Source of the DNA: Lama glama
Taxonomy: Eukaryota
Assembly: GCA_028534125.1 (NCBI GenBank)
Contig: CM052832.1
Span: forward strand, 21,082,001-21,146,000
Length of the DNA: 64,000 bases
Reading direction: 5' to 3'
Part shown: one piece after another, positions 24,505-38,400 of the stretch
Position numbering within the stretch: the first letter of the stretch is position 1
Layout: every line of letters begins with the position of its first letter
Translations under genes and position numbers: made by a program
Notes under the pieces: generated by a model
The model's database searches: none
The model's input: the letters and a program-made list of their open reading frames with translations, nothing else
Told to the model about the DNA's origin: nothing

Positions 24505-24959
24505 CTAGGAAAGAAAAGGAAAGGGAGTCAAAAGTTGTAAAAGTAAACGGAAGAAGTACACGGTAGAATAAAGTTTCAGAACATGGTTATGTCGAACTTG
24601 AAGGCTCCTAAGGGAAATTTGGAAAGCTGATTATTTCTTAAACTATACCTTTAAGACCCACCTTGGACTTGACTGCCCTGGAGCCACACCAGGGTCTCAC
24701 TCCAGTGCGCTAAGCCCTCCTCCCACCCGGAGTAAAACGGTAAGCATCCAGCAAGGCACGGTTTTAGCACCAGCCCTCCTTCTCCTAAGACAAGGCACTG
24801 CACCCACGTCACTCTACTCTTCTGGGCCCTAATGTCATTATCTGGAAAATGATAGGCTTTTCAGACGTTCACCATAGTGACTTCCAGTATAAAGCTACAC
24901 TGGAAAAAATACTAGCCCTGAGATGTAATCGGAAGGAAGGAAAGGGAGTGAACACAACT

Positions 24960-25140
24960 ATGCATACTAGACCCTAGATCGTTCTTTTCTGTAGCTTATT
25001 TCAGTTAATCTCTAAAACCCTTTTGTAAGGCCAGTCATGACAGTAACAGACTAAGAGACTGAGGCTGAGAGTGTGCAGGAATTTGCCCAAGGTCACAGAA
25101 CTAGCAATAGCAGAGTCACGGATCAAAACTGGGAGCTGGC
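24960..25140 (-). mobile_element. MIR SINE
   Basis: gagactgaggctgagag...atttgcccaaggtcacagaactagcaatagcagag. Confidence 0.75.
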
Positions 25141-26231
25141 TGTCCCTACGAGGGAAGCTCTTCCCACTACGCCATCGGTGACTGACCAAGTACCATCCTG
25201 TTGCTGGTACCGTCACATCGAAGCCACCGTGAACTCTGACTCCAGGAATTACAAAGACATGCAAGATTACATCAAAGGTTAAATTTGTTTTCTGTGCCCA
25301 GACTTATCTTTTCAAAAAATCTGATATTTGGTGAAAATGCATTTGATTATAAAATTATTGCCTGACAGAACACCCTGCAAAATTAGCTTATAACACGTCA
25401 AATGCTTTTACTTAAAAATTTATATTTTCCTTTCTCTTATATTCCTCATTTAACAGAAAAATACAGTTTATACCAGCAGGTTATGTCTGGATACAACAAA
25501 GAAGAAGCTTAGAGGTTCTGATCTCACTTAAAATTATCAGAGGTTTCATCCCCAAACTACTTATTTTCTCAGCACTTAGTTCCAAAACCAAAGGTTTCAG
25601 CAAGTCATGAAAGATTCAACTATTTCACACAGTGGCTATTTTTTGAAAGGAGAAATACATTCATAGGGATTCAAAATACTACTTTCCTATTAGGCAGTGA
25701 AACAGCTTCAGTGGGTGAATACACTGCATAAAGCAACTGTCTGGCTCTCTGGGTTCAAGGTCATTCTTCTTTCCATATAGGGATGCACATAATTGGCCAC
25801 GCACATTCGTCCAGTGAATCAGGAGGCAAGACAGCCTATTAGATAGATCAGTGGTCTGATCTAGGACACAGCTGCTCTGCTCCCTCCAGGCTTAAAATAA
25901 CTCAGCACTACCCACCTCCCCCATTACATACAATTAATTGTATGAAATGGGGAAAAGGGAGCTTGGGTAAATGGCTGAGACACACCACGCTCAGCAGAAA
26001 ATACCAGCTGTGCACACGACACCAGCTTCCCCGAGTTCCCACTGACCCCGAGGTGCTAATAAGGGACTTCTGCAAAGAATGCATTAATAAAAAGTATCCT
26101 ACGTTTAGCCAGCCCTAACCCCAATCCAAACTTTTCTCCTACATCACAGCAGGAGGGCCTTACTAATTGGAAAGTACAGATCACGTGGCCTAAAATATGT
26201 TTTGTTAGCACACACCTCCAGACAGTCCTGA

Positions 26232-26234
<3 letters not shown>

Positions 26235-26262
<28 letters not shown>
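26235..26262. repeat. (AC)14 microsatellite
   Basis: Perfect dinucleotide run. Confidence 0.97.
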
Positions 26263-27454
26263 CCCACTTAGAATTTCAGTTCTTAAAAAATCTAAATATG
26301 CACAATAAATATACTTTTAAAAATTACAAGATGTTTGTATGATGTTTTGGGGGGGGGGAAAAAAACCACAGGTGGAGATGGTTTCTGTAAGTACAAATTT
26401 CCCTGCCAGACTGGTGGTAAAGACCCAAGATGGAGACAACAAAGATAACTGGCAAAAAGCAGCCCTCTAATCACATTAGCTTGTAGTTCTAAAGGAAGAC
26501 GGTTGCTCTGAATTTCCCTTTATACATAACAACTTCAAAAAAAAAAAATCCCTATTTTCTTAGTACAGCTTGATGTAGGAAAGCCTGCATGCCTTTGAAG
26601 CCTCAACACAAAACAAACAAGAGTCTTTACAAGTCCTGTCTGACCACCCAGGGAGAATCAAATAGTATTTTTTCTCCAGTAGGCCACCCGAGGATACCAT
26701 GAATAACAAGGAAAAGGAGGAATTCATCATGTAACTGGGATCTATTTTTCTAGTGTCGTTATTACACTGTTTTAATCTAAATATTATGCTATTTTTTTCA
26801 CCAGCAAAGCCAAAGAACATCTAATTATTCATCTATCAAGCAGCAGAAGTTTTGAAATAGCAGAAATAGGTTAAAACCAAGGGAATGGTACAGAGGAGGA
26901 AAATTAAGGAATTTTCTTCTCGAAAATCCCAAGAACTGGGCAGGAATTTTTAAAGTGCTTATGTTCAGAATGGCAGGATGGAGGAGCCAGGGCTCGGGTG
27001 TTCCTTAGTCCAGAAACTCTGGGATGAAAACTCTCAAGGGCTTAGACTGCAGGGGACACGGTGGAGTGGGAGTTTCTTCAGGACCACACTGAAGAGCTTA
27101 GTTGCAAGAAAGTATTTTAGAACCACGGGAAGGTCTTACCATCACAGACACCCTGAAATGTACTCCTTTAATCATGTCCTGTCCCTGCACACAATCACAT
27201 CTGGGGCAAAAAAAGGCCAGATTGCATAGCCAGACACTGGGGAGTCTCCCCTATCAAACCTCAAAATGTCTTCCAAGGCTCGGTCTCTGTTAATAGCACT
27301 GGGGCTCGCGGTGCTCCAGGTCCCAGGCCACCTTGCAGTTCTTCATGCACCCAGGGCACTTCCGTCCAGTCCTGCCAGTGGTGACGGTCTTTTATTCACC
27401 TGAAATGCCCAGGCTGTCCTCATGTATCTACAGACTCACCCTTTAAGACAGTAA

Positions 27455-27620
27455 GATGAAACGGGGTTAATAGACCTCCTGGATCACAGCTCTGCCTCTA
27501 GACAGCCTGGTGGCTTTGGGCGTGTGATTTAATCTCATTCACTGCCTCAGTTGCTTCATCTGCTAAATGGGGATGATAAAGCCCATCTCACTGTCATGAA
27601 CTTTAAGTGAGACCAGGATG
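27455..27620 (+). mobile_element. MIR SINE
   Basis: tgcctcagttgcttcatctgctaaatggggatgataa. Confidence 0.8.
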
Positions 27621-27917
27621 ATAATCAAAGGGTGCTCAACAACTTCCTAAGTGTTTGTTCCCTCCCCTCAAACTAAACGCCACCTCCCCACAAATCCCCA
27701 AATCTTCCTTAACTTGCAGCCAAAAATACTCTCCCTTCTCTGAATTTCCCTCCCAAATAACAGCTGTGTTTGGTTCCTGGGCACTCTGACTGCCTGACCA
27801 CTACCCCTCTAGAGGTCAGCACACCTACCACTGTGTGCTTTTTGGAGGTGGTGAGACCCATGTTTAATTTGTTTGTATCCTTTTCAATGTCTTGCACATA
27901 ATCAAATTATCAGAAGC

Positions 27918-28030
27918 TCAGGATTCTAGAATTAACAGGACCCTTTGAATAATATAGACAAAACCCATCATTCTATAGATAAGAAAACTGAGTCCTTGTG
28001 AGAGGAATAACCACACCACTGGTAAGTAAT
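27918..28030 (-). mobile_element. MIR3-like fragment
   Basis: ttctagaattaacaggaccctt...catcattctatagataagaaaactgag. Confidence 0.55.
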
Positions 28031-29119
28031 AGAACCTCTTCCAACATGACAAACTTGAATGGGTGGATGGATGGACAGATGGACAAATGGACACAGGGAA
28101 AGACCAACCAGCCATCAGCTACAGCATCCAACACACTATTAGCAATTCAGACTCTACGGGATGGTGTGCTGACCCACCCTACCGCTCATGCTTTCTTCAT
28201 CTACTAAAAATGTACAAATGCCATTTCTTTTAAATTCTTCATAAAATCCAGATCAAGAAAAATTCACCATGCAAAAGGATCAGAACAGTCTTCTTCAATG
28301 GCAGGATCTCTTAATTAATGTACAACCTAATTGTATTCAAAACTTTTCTCATAAACAGCAGCTCAGCTTCACCCTGCGTATCTGATTCATGCCACAACGT
28401 TTACGGAAAGCCAATCCCATGTGCCAGTCACATGCTCATCCCCCCATGAGGCCCACAGATGGACCATCCCTGCGAAGAGCTCACAGCTCAATGTCATTTC
28501 TTGCTCTTCTCCTCCATTCTGCCACCTCCATCTGTCCCATTTACTCAGTGAAGTGCAGTCCCGGCATGATAAACCCCATCACAGAGATAATGAGAGGAAT
28601 TATGGAAAGGCAGATTGCAAAGCACTTGGCAAACACTTAAATCTGAAGGTTGTGGATATAGGAGCCCGTTTCCCTTCACTCTCTAAGGTTCAGGAAATGT
28701 TCCAATCCCCTCAGATGACAGGAGGCTTTGAACTAAGACCTGGGGCAGAGGAAGAATTTCCCAGCATGCCTCCCCATGGAGCCACATGACCAACAGAAAA
28801 CAGCCTTAGGAAACATTCTGTAGTGGTGCTGCGCCATATTGAAAAAACGCCCACCTCTCCCCATCCCTCTTAGAGCTCTGAAACTGAATGGAAATGGAAT
28901 GTGGGGGAAATGCCAGGTAACAGATGTTTGATATAGGATTGTCAGGGCTGAGGTAAGATGTGGAAAGCAAGTTCACAGCAATTGAAGATAAGACCCAAAC
29001 AAACTGCCACACCACTGTACTATTACCACCCCTCCCCTCATAAGGTTCCAGGCTACTCCAGGAGCATCTGAGATAATCTGAGGAGGCCTTTTCAGTTGTA
29101 AGGATCTGAGATGACTCTG

Positions 29120-29408
29120 ATGATGGTTCAGATGTCACCTTGCCAGAAAATGTCTCCAGACACCCCATTTAAACCAGCCCTTCTAGCAACCTCCCTATCC
29201 TCATCCTCTGCTTTATTTTGTTATGGCATTTATTGGTACCTGACATTAAATTATATCTTTTTTACTTTCATCTTTGTCAGCCTCCCCTGCCAAAACTTAA
29301 GCTTCTTCAGGGTGTGACTATGTTTTCTTCACATCTACATTCCCCCCATACCTAGAACTGCATCGGACACAAAATAGGTAGTGAATGAATATCTGTTAAA
29401 TAAATAAT
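29120..29408 (+). mobile_element. L2 3' end
   Basis: cagatgtcacctt...cctagaactgcatcggacacaaaataggtagtgaatgaatatctgttaaataaat. Confidence 0.8.
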
Positions 29409-29960
29409 TGAGATCCACTTCCCAGATCAGAAACCTATTCATGTAGACCTATTGTTACTAAGTTACTGACAACAATGGTTTCTCTGCCCCAATACAACAG
29501 TATGGGGTTTAAAGTAACGCCCACTTCGAACCTGGCCTCTCTACACTAATACCTGACGAAAGTCAGTAATAAACCCAGAGAATGAAAGACATGCTGCTAG
29601 TTATTACCCTGGGACAGCAGGTGTGCAATGGGAGTATCTCGGACAAGCTGGAGAGTAGAGTCACTTTAAGCCTAAAGCAAAACTGGATCCAAGGAGAGAC
29701 ACCATTGACTATGGTCACTGGGCTGTTCCCGATGCAAAGAGCACACAGCCTGTTTCTTGGAACAACTTGGCCTGGAGTTGGTGCATGTCATCCCACCTCC
29801 AGCAGTGAAGAAACCACAGGGAATAACATTTCCTTCCTGTGGCCATGAAGGCCCACCACCATCCAGAGTATAGGACGAAGTAAACTCCCCCTAAAGAAGA
29901 CCACACTGGGGACAGAGATAAAAATCAGGTTGGAGGTCTTTACTTCAGAAGAAAATGTGT

Positions 29961-30943
29961 ACAACTCTAACAAAAAAACAAACAACCTGATCCAAAGATG
30001 CACAAAAGACCTACACAAGCATTTTTCCAGTGAAGACATACAGATGGGCAATAGGCACCTGAAATAATGCTCAATATCGCTAATTATCAGAGAAATGCAA
30101 ATGAAAACTACAATGAGGTATCACCTCACACCAGTCAGGATTGCCATCATTATAAAGTCAACAAACGATAAATGCTGGAGAGGGTGTGGAGAAAAGGGAA
30201 CCCTCCTACACTGGGAATGTAATTTGGTGCAGCCGTTATGGAAATTCCTCAAAAAATTAAAAACAGACTTACCGTATGATCCAGCAATCCCACTCCTAGG
30301 CATATATCCAGAGGTAACTTCAATTCAAAAAGATTCATGCACCTCAATGTTCATAGCAGCACTATTTACAGTAGCCAAGACATGGAAACAACCTAGATGT
30401 CCATCGACAGATGACTAGATAAAGAAGTTGTTGTATATTTATACAATGGAATACTATTCAGCCATAAAAAATAATAAAATAATGCCATTTGCAGCAACAT
30501 GGATGGACATGGAGATTGTCATACTGAGTGAAGTAAGCCAGAAAGAGAAAGAAAAATTCCATATGATATCAAACTGATGTGTGGAATCTAGAAAAAAATG
30601 ACAAAAATGAACTTATTTACAAAACAGAAACAAACTCACAAACATGGAAAACAAACTTATGGTTACCAGAGGGATAAGTAGGGGGTGAAGGGATAGACTG
30701 GTAGTTCAGGATTTGCATATACACACTACTCTATATAAAATAGATAAAACAATAAGGTCCTACTGTATAGCACAGGGAACTATATTCAATATCTTGTAAT
30801 AACCTATAATGAGAAAGAATATGAAAAGGAATATATATGTGTATAACTGAAACATTATGCTGTACACCAGAAACTAACATAATATTGTAAACCAACTATA
30901 TATCAATTTTAAAATTTTTTAAGTAAAAGAATTAAAAATTAAG
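29961..30943 (+). mobile_element. Young 5'-truncated L1 (about 1 kb) with ORF2 C-terminal remnant and 14-bp TSD
   Basis: ORF 30095-30418 ([19 protein letters not shown]...[13 protein letters not shown]) is the L1 ORF2 C-terminus. TSD copies are agaagaaaatgtgt (29947-29960) and agaagaaaacatgt (30944-30957). Confidence 0.97.
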
Positions 30944-33900
30944 AGAAGAAAACATGTTTATTGTTCAATATACAGAGTAAGAAGTGCTCATTGAACAGAG
31001 CTCTATGAATCAAACTAAAAAGAACATCTTAAAATAAAAATTTGTATCCAAAATCACAGTAATTTTTGCATGCAATATCTCTTTTAAAAGTATAGCAAAC
31101 TGTATACCTTCTGTGTATTTCCTTCCTTTTGTTATAAATCATCTTTTCAACAAAAAACTAGATTTAGGGTAACTATTCACTAGTAACATACATGTTTTAC
31201 AGGTTTTTCAATTCTAAAATTACTGTAACTTTTCACCAACACATGTGTGCAAATTAGAATTTCAGTTCAGTTGCATTATACTGCCTGAGAGAAATTTTTC
31301 TTCATTGTTCTTGCTACTTCAAGAACAACTCAAACAGAGAAGGAATCAAGAGACTTGTGTAATGTGGGTTTCCCATATTCTCAACCTATTATTCAGGATC
31401 TAAAGGGAAAAATACAGAGTCTCCATTCTCAAAATCATGGGATTCATTTCCAGCAAGATTAATAAATAACCCTATAAAGTTAGACTGTTTACTTCTTACT
31501 ACAATGTTGATGGTCAGAGTAATAGTGGCTTCTCCAATACTTGTTTAATGTACTGCACTGGGGTTTAATTACATTTATGGTTTACTTTCTTAAATATTTA
31601 TTTTCACAAAAATTTTGAGCCTCTTGCGACGGTTTGCTTCTTTAAAACAAGAGGCGAAGTTGTCTGATAATAACATATTATCCTACGCGACATGAAACCG
31701 ATTTGGGGAGTTATTTAAACTACTCCTTGACATAATGCAGAGATAAATTCTTTCCACCTGATACTAATAAAGAGTTTAGGAGAAGGAAAGAGAATGACTC
31801 AGCAATAAAACAACTGCATATGGCATTGTACTCTTTGTCTCTTCCCCCAAACTGAGAGGTTTTCTCAACAAAACTGCTTTCAACGAGTACATTTTAAATA
31901 ATAATAATCAACCACAATATTTCTGAAGTTTATATTCATCCTACGGACAGGACGGTCCATCGATACACTTATCCACCATAGGGGTAAGAAAATACAACAC
32001 GCACATGAGAAAACGTTGTTAGGTTTCCCCCTTTTGTCCCTAAGCAAGCCTCGGCCTCCTCACATGTGCATATGCCGATGTGAAATGCCTCCACCTTCCT
32101 GGAAACGGTCTCCAGAAACAGGAAGGAAGAGTGGGATCTTCCCAGCCTAGAAGAGAAGCAGCACTGAAGGACTAGTTGAGGAAGGAAGAAAGGAAAAGAG
32201 CAAGGAAAAGAAGGTGCCGAGGGACTGGCCTAAAAGATCAGGCAGGGTAAGCAGACAGCAAAGACAAGACAGGATTCTGCCACAAATGCCCTTTCACCTC
32301 TAATCATGGTGAACACCTTCAAACCAGGGACCAGTTTCCCCGCAGGAGACCAGGATGCTCCCGGAAGATCATTTGAGCCATTTTTCCTTTTTCTTAAAAA
32401 ACATCTGCCAAAATATGTCCTTGTCCTGCCCATCCATCTTTCTCTCCCACCTCCGAGCTCTCCTCCTGTCTGTGATGCTAAGCAAACACCTGGGCTCCTT
32501 CCTTACTCCCTTCCCAGTTCCCGTAGTCATCAACAACAAAGACATTTGTGGCCCCATGCCAAACCTTGTCCAAACTGTAGTTAACAGACTCATTCCTCTC
32601 CTTGAGGAGCTTCCCAAAGAGGTTATTGTTGGGCTTTATCAATTTTACCAACCGAAAAAAGACCCCAGGTGCACATCCTATTAACAACAGGTCTGTGGGG
32701 ACAAAGAGCAGCACGTTTTATAAGGTCCTGTAAATCAGAGCGAGTCCTCTCCCACTTAAGCTCTGTCTGCCGGTACCAGCACAAAATGGATGTCTAAACC
32801 ATGAAACCAACTCTTTTTGAAGAACGTCTTCCTTTTTACATTTTCCAATGCATTGGAGTGGTTTTTGCAGTTCTGAAATAGCACAGTCTTGTTCAGGACA
32901 CAGCCAACCAGAGCCCACTGAATATCGGAACCATGTCTTACTGACACACATTAAGTAATTATATCCCAGGATAATTATGCTGGACACATCACTTCATCCA
33001 GGAAAATGTTCAGGTCCAAAAAAGTGTTAAATGGAAAAGAGAAAGGGGCACAAAGATTTCTGTTTTTCAAGATCAGAGCCGTCTTCCTCTCAGCAAATGC
33101 ATATGTGGAAAGTTAATTTTCTCTCCCAGACATTTCTGTTCTCATGTTTTAAAATACCATAAGCTCTGAATGATCTTACTCCAGAAAATAAAAATTTCTG
33201 GGGTTTTCTTGTAGGGAAGTTCAAATGGTAGAAGAACATTTGATATTTTCAGTTTTCCTGAAGATCAGAAGGACTTTCAGAATAATGCATTTTTTCCCTC
33301 AACAAAGGGCATCTGCAGAGCTTAGCCTGCTGAAAAGAATCATTCTGACAGTCTTAATGTATTCTTTTCAGGAAAGCTCTGTTCAGAGAATTCCACAGGA
33401 AAAAAAAATCAGTACCCCAGGAAAGCACCAATCTAAATCATTATAGTTTCTTGTAAATAGATGAGGCCAAAGGATTTCCAGTCTATGCTAGGTATTAGGT
33501 TGAGGGGGAATAGGAGTGATCATCTTGAATATTCCACATTTTTCACTTTCTCCTGATGGACCAATATTAAAACAAACATTTGAAAGATTTGTCAGTCTTT
33601 CGAAGAAAATCTCACAGGAAAGCCTACTTTCAGAATCCTGCTAAGACAAAAACATCCCCAAGGTAGGAAATATAAAATTGCATCATCATTGTAACTGAGA
33701 ACAATAACCCCAATAACAAGAATTATTACAGCCTGGTATTAACAGAACAAGGCACCTTGCATCCAGGGCTCAGACTATCTTGTAAACACTCTTTCTGACT
33801 GGGATGATACAAGCAGGGAATGAGAATGAGAGGAATTTGAATGACTCGTCCCAGGTCACTGGTCAGCTGGAGAGGCAAACAAAATGTAAATACTTGATTG

Positions 33901-34112
33901 TGGTCTCCTGATCTAAAAACCCAACCACACACCTTTTAAATAATAATCTGAAGAATCCTATTTCAAAGCCACTTTTAAGGAGACCCATATTAGTCTTTCC
34001 ATTAAATTCTGATTTTGCTCCCTTTTTCTCTGTTTCCATTCCCCCCACCATAGCCTAGGTAAGGCAGAGGATAATTAGAAAGTTCCTAAGTGGTTTCCCT
34101 GCCTGGAACCAA

Positions 34113-34178
34113 TCTCTCTCATTCTCTCTGTCTCTCTCCCTCTCTCTCTCTCTTTCTCCCCTTCCCTCCTTCTCTCCT
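34113..34178. repeat. Imperfect (CT)n pyrimidine tract
   Basis: tctctctcattctctctgtctctctccctctctctctctctttctcccc. Confidence 0.85.
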
Positions 34179-34459
34179 ACATCCCTTGAACATAGGATAG
34201 AAAGCAAAGTTTCCTCAATGCTGGTTTTATCATATCCTGTCCCAGAACAGGAAGCAAGATGTTCCCCACTGCCCATCAGAATCTGTATAGTTCTCAGCTA
34301 TCGATCTCATGCTTTTGTCACCCTCAACACACACCTGACGCAGAGAAATCTCCAGTTCTCCTCCTGGCTCCCCTGACATGATGGTTCATGCTGTGGTTCT
34401 CTGCCACCTTACTGTCTACTTGCCTGGGTTCCCTAAATACACACCCAGAGATCAAGCTA

Positions 34460-34930
34460 CTAGAATGGAAAAGAACCATGGAGTCCACTCAGTCCAACCC
34501 TGCCACTCTCTCCACACAGCCGGACAAGCAGGCATCCAACTTCTCCTTCACACTTTTAGGGATGAGGAAATCACTGCTCTGAAAAACAGTGCTCTGTCAA
34601 GACATTTGAATTGTGAGAAAACTCTTATTTGAGCTGAATTCTTGTAGGTTCACTGAGACATCCATCCAACAGGCCCAATTCCGCACCTAGATTGACAAAC
34701 CACCTTGTTTTGTAACATGATAGTCTTCGCAATGTTGAAAACTACTATTATGTTTATCCCCAATCTTCTCAGTTTCAAGCTTATTTTGGTCTCACCCTTC
34801 AACTATTCCTCATGAGACCTGGTTTCAAAACTCTCTGCCATCCAAAAAATTCTCTAATCTGGTGCTGCCTATTGTTCATGTCATATGTACAGAGAAAATG
34901 ATCATACTGGTGCAGCATTTGGGAGAAACA
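34460..34930 (-). mobile_element. Ancient L3/CR1 LINE fragment
   Basis: tagaatggaaaagaacc...agtccaaccc...gggatgaggaaatcactgctc...caactattcctcatgagac resembles the reverse complement of a CR1/L3 3' end. Confidence 0.6.
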
Positions 34931-35249
34931 GATGAGGGTTTGGGGCAGTGCTGACCAGTGTGGGGACTCTCGGCTCAGGCCCCTCCCGGGGTTGTGGTCA
35001 CGGTTGTGTAGCACACATATAACCCATGCGTGGTACCCAGATGGAAAGATTCATCTAATTGTGTTGGTTACTCTTTTAAAAATCTGGCACCCAAAATTGA
35101 ATACATTCTACATAGACCATCTCAAATCCAATTTATTTCATCAAATTTTCCCCCTTTTTCTCCAACACTCATTTTTCCTCTTCCTGATTGCTACGTTGAA
35201 TTTGCTAAAACATCTGCTTGAGTTGAGTTTGACATTTGACATTATGACA

Positions 35250-35440
35250 TTTGACCACATCCACTTGAGGATTTTCCTAAATAAGCATCTTATTTCATGT
35301 GTGTCAGATTCACTTTCCCCAAAAGACTACAACTTCATAAGGGACTATGTATCAGTCATTATCATTATGGCATGAGTACACAGTGCAGGTCTGGGTACAC
35401 AGTAGGGCGTCCCAAAAGCATTTGCAGAACTGAATCATGC
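35250..35440 (+). mobile_element. L2 3' fragment
   Basis: agactacaacttcataagggac...tctgggtacacagtagggcgtccc...gaactgaat. Confidence 0.55.
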
Positions 35441-38400
35441 AGCTTCTGGACAGGAAAGCCATGGCTTAGAGGCCATGGTCTGGTTCAAAAGTTAAAAACC
35501 TCACCTGAAGAGGAAGTTTATCATTCCGCCTGTTTATTCAGGCAGAATCTAAACAACGAAACAGACGTTCAGACTGGAAAACTTCGTACAAATAAACACT
35601 TCCAGACAGGTCCAGATTGGGAAGGAGGGCCAAGAATTCCCTCTCCATTCTGGGTTATTAGTCCCAGACACTCATCCCTCAAGTCATAAACACTATTAAA
35701 CGGCACTGCACAGTTGTATTCAAAGATACGTTTGCTTTCAGATTAGACTTGAACATTTAATAAATTTCCCATCAGAATATGGGAAGAGTGGAGAATATTT
35801 TGATTTAAGCTTCATTTCAAGTATGCAACTCAAGCTGTGCTAGTTCAAACAGGCTCGAGTTATAACTCAGCCTCCGAGTAAGGTCAAGACTCTTGGATTC
35901 CCCTAATCCTCTTCCTTTAGGACAGAAAGGCCTGGGAGTTCAGTGAATTTACATATGCTTCCTGGACCACAGAGCTAAGTCACAGGGTCCCAGCCAAACT
36001 TAACCCCGTAAATTCAAGTGACTGGTCCCCGTACCACTCAGCGCAGGATTCACCTTGAAGAGAGTGAACTTTAAGGCAGGAACCCTGCCCCAGACGTGGA
36101 GGCAGTGCCTTCCTTTCCTGGAGAGAAGCCTTCACTCTCTCTCTCTCCCACCTCTCCTGGTGCAAACCCGTGCATTTGAAATGCTGCAAGATTAATGAGA
36201 AGTCGGCACTGGTCCCTCTGGACTTGATCCGTTTTTAAGAGAGCTCTGAGAACTTGGACACTTTACAGATCCTAGAAGAAAGAAATACGAGGAGAGAAAA
36301 GGAAGTTTGACACATGCAGAGAATCTGATCTCTGGGGCTGCAGAGAAGCTCAGAGAAGGGAAATATTAAGACAGGATGCAGAATACAAACTTAATTGACT
36401 GATAACACCACTGAAGAAGAAAGACTAGCTCCTCCATTAAAGTTTGAAAGTTGAGCCGTGAATATGAACTTGTAATTTCATGCAAAAAAAAAAATCTTGC
36501 AGTTCAGGGCAGGCAAAGGACCTCAGTGCTGCCCTGAATTCATCTTCACACTCACTCTTCTTGTGTGATCTGTACAAGGCAGTTGGAATAAGACAGAGAA
36601 AATGATTTTATGGGAAAGTAAAAATAACTGCACTGCAAAACAGACTGTTTGCCCTTCTTACCTTTATGAATCCCAAGCAGGAAAAAAGCGATAATTCTGG
36701 AATGACCCAAGGATAAGGACAGAGCAGGCCTGGGGCAAATTTTCAATGCAAAACTTCAGGGGAAAATTAAATCCCAACTCTGGTTCTCTCTCTGAAAATG
36801 GCATTTCCATACAAATCTATTCTGTTCATTAAAAGTCAGCATTATTCTGAAGTAACACCAATCCATGAGTTTGGCCGGCACTGAGGGAATCAATTCATTT
36901 TAATTCCATAGTAGTGCCTTGAAAACTCTGAAGGGTAGATGCTGTGGGAACACCAAGAAACTAACCATTTAGTCCACATTTAGGTAACCAGCAAACAACT
37001 GGTAAAGAAAACAAAAATCTCCATTCTAGTCTATGCAAATGCCCATTTTTTTTCAATCCAGTAAAAAAGACAATTTGAAAAAAAATGGAAATAATATCAG
37101 ATTAACACCTAATGCAGTGCTGGACACTTAGTAGGTACTTGATACATTATCAGTGAGTGAACAACTGATTTCTTTAAAACACAGAATATACTCTATAAAA
37201 ACAGTACAGGGAAGATTGCCTTCTCATGGGCAAAGACTGCCAAAAAGAGAAATCAAAATTATATTACTGCTTAAATCTCCCATAAGACCATGACCAAAGG
37301 AAATGAGAATCTAAAAGACGTAATAAAAACATTTCATGACTCACAGTTCTTTTGCTGTATCTATTTCAAATTAACTGATTCTGTAATCAGTTGCATCATC
37401 ACCCCTGTGAAATGAATATGGCTCAGAACAATAAAAGGACATGGTGTGCACTGAACCAAGACTGTCGAGAGGTGTAAGTTCTTTTAAGACAGTGCACAGG
37501 TAGACATAAGTGCTGTAAGATGATATTAAGAGAAATGCTTGCAATCAGGCAGCCTTCGTATGAACTGTTGTCCGCACAGGGCTTTTCTGAGTGTGCCTAA
37601 TTCTCCAATTTTCTCCAGCCCCTACCATGACTAACATGAACTCTGTCTTCTTATATTTCCACAATCTGTTTTTGCTGACTCTTGTGTAGGGGGCATGGCT
37701 TATAATTTTTCATTATTTTCTAGAGATTTCCTATTTCGCAAATATATCTTGGTACAGCTATCATTTTACATTTAGACATCAACCAATCTATTCTAAATTA
37801 CTGAGCTACCAATCCGTGGAAATATCTTCTTTTGGGTAGACACTTTATAGTTTTCTCAAGTTCCTCTGTTTAAAAGGAATTAAGTTTTTATCTTCTCACT
37901 GACCCATTTTAATTTTTTTTTAAAGAATGGGAGTCATGCTGGATAAGGTTGCTTTGTGCTGTTCAGTGATGTCAAACAAAATGAAGCCAAGTGGATTTTA
38001 GACAAAAGTATCAGACTTCACTGAGTTTTAAACAAACAACAACAAAAAAAGCCCTCTCCCACTACAATAATTCAAAAGGTAGGATTAATTCTGTATATCT
38101 CTGCAAGGATTTATTTCTCAAATTCCAAAAGTGCTATCTTTGGTAAACTCCTAAAGAGATAATACATACCACATTTCTTCCTCAGCAATGTTTGCGTTTG
38201 ACTTCCCAATGAATCCATTTTGTTTAAACACTTATTTATTTCAACTTTGGGGCCAAAATTAAAGATATGATATATTGTTCTTTGTTGCATGGAAAACCAT
38301 CTTCAAATTACTTTTATATAATGATGTTTACAGAGATGTGAATTGATGGATTTGATATTTTTGACCCATGTAGGTAAAATAAAATAAATCAGGATCATTA

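Noticed and set aside
30095..30418. 107-aa ORF as a host gene
   Set aside because: It is a fragment of L1 ORF2 within a truncated insertion. The same applies to 143-361 and 57906-58145.
32478..32714. 78-aa - strand ORF behind a good acceptor
   Set aside because: No recognisable protein, only weak donors, and overlapping ORFs on both strands with no clear coding bias.
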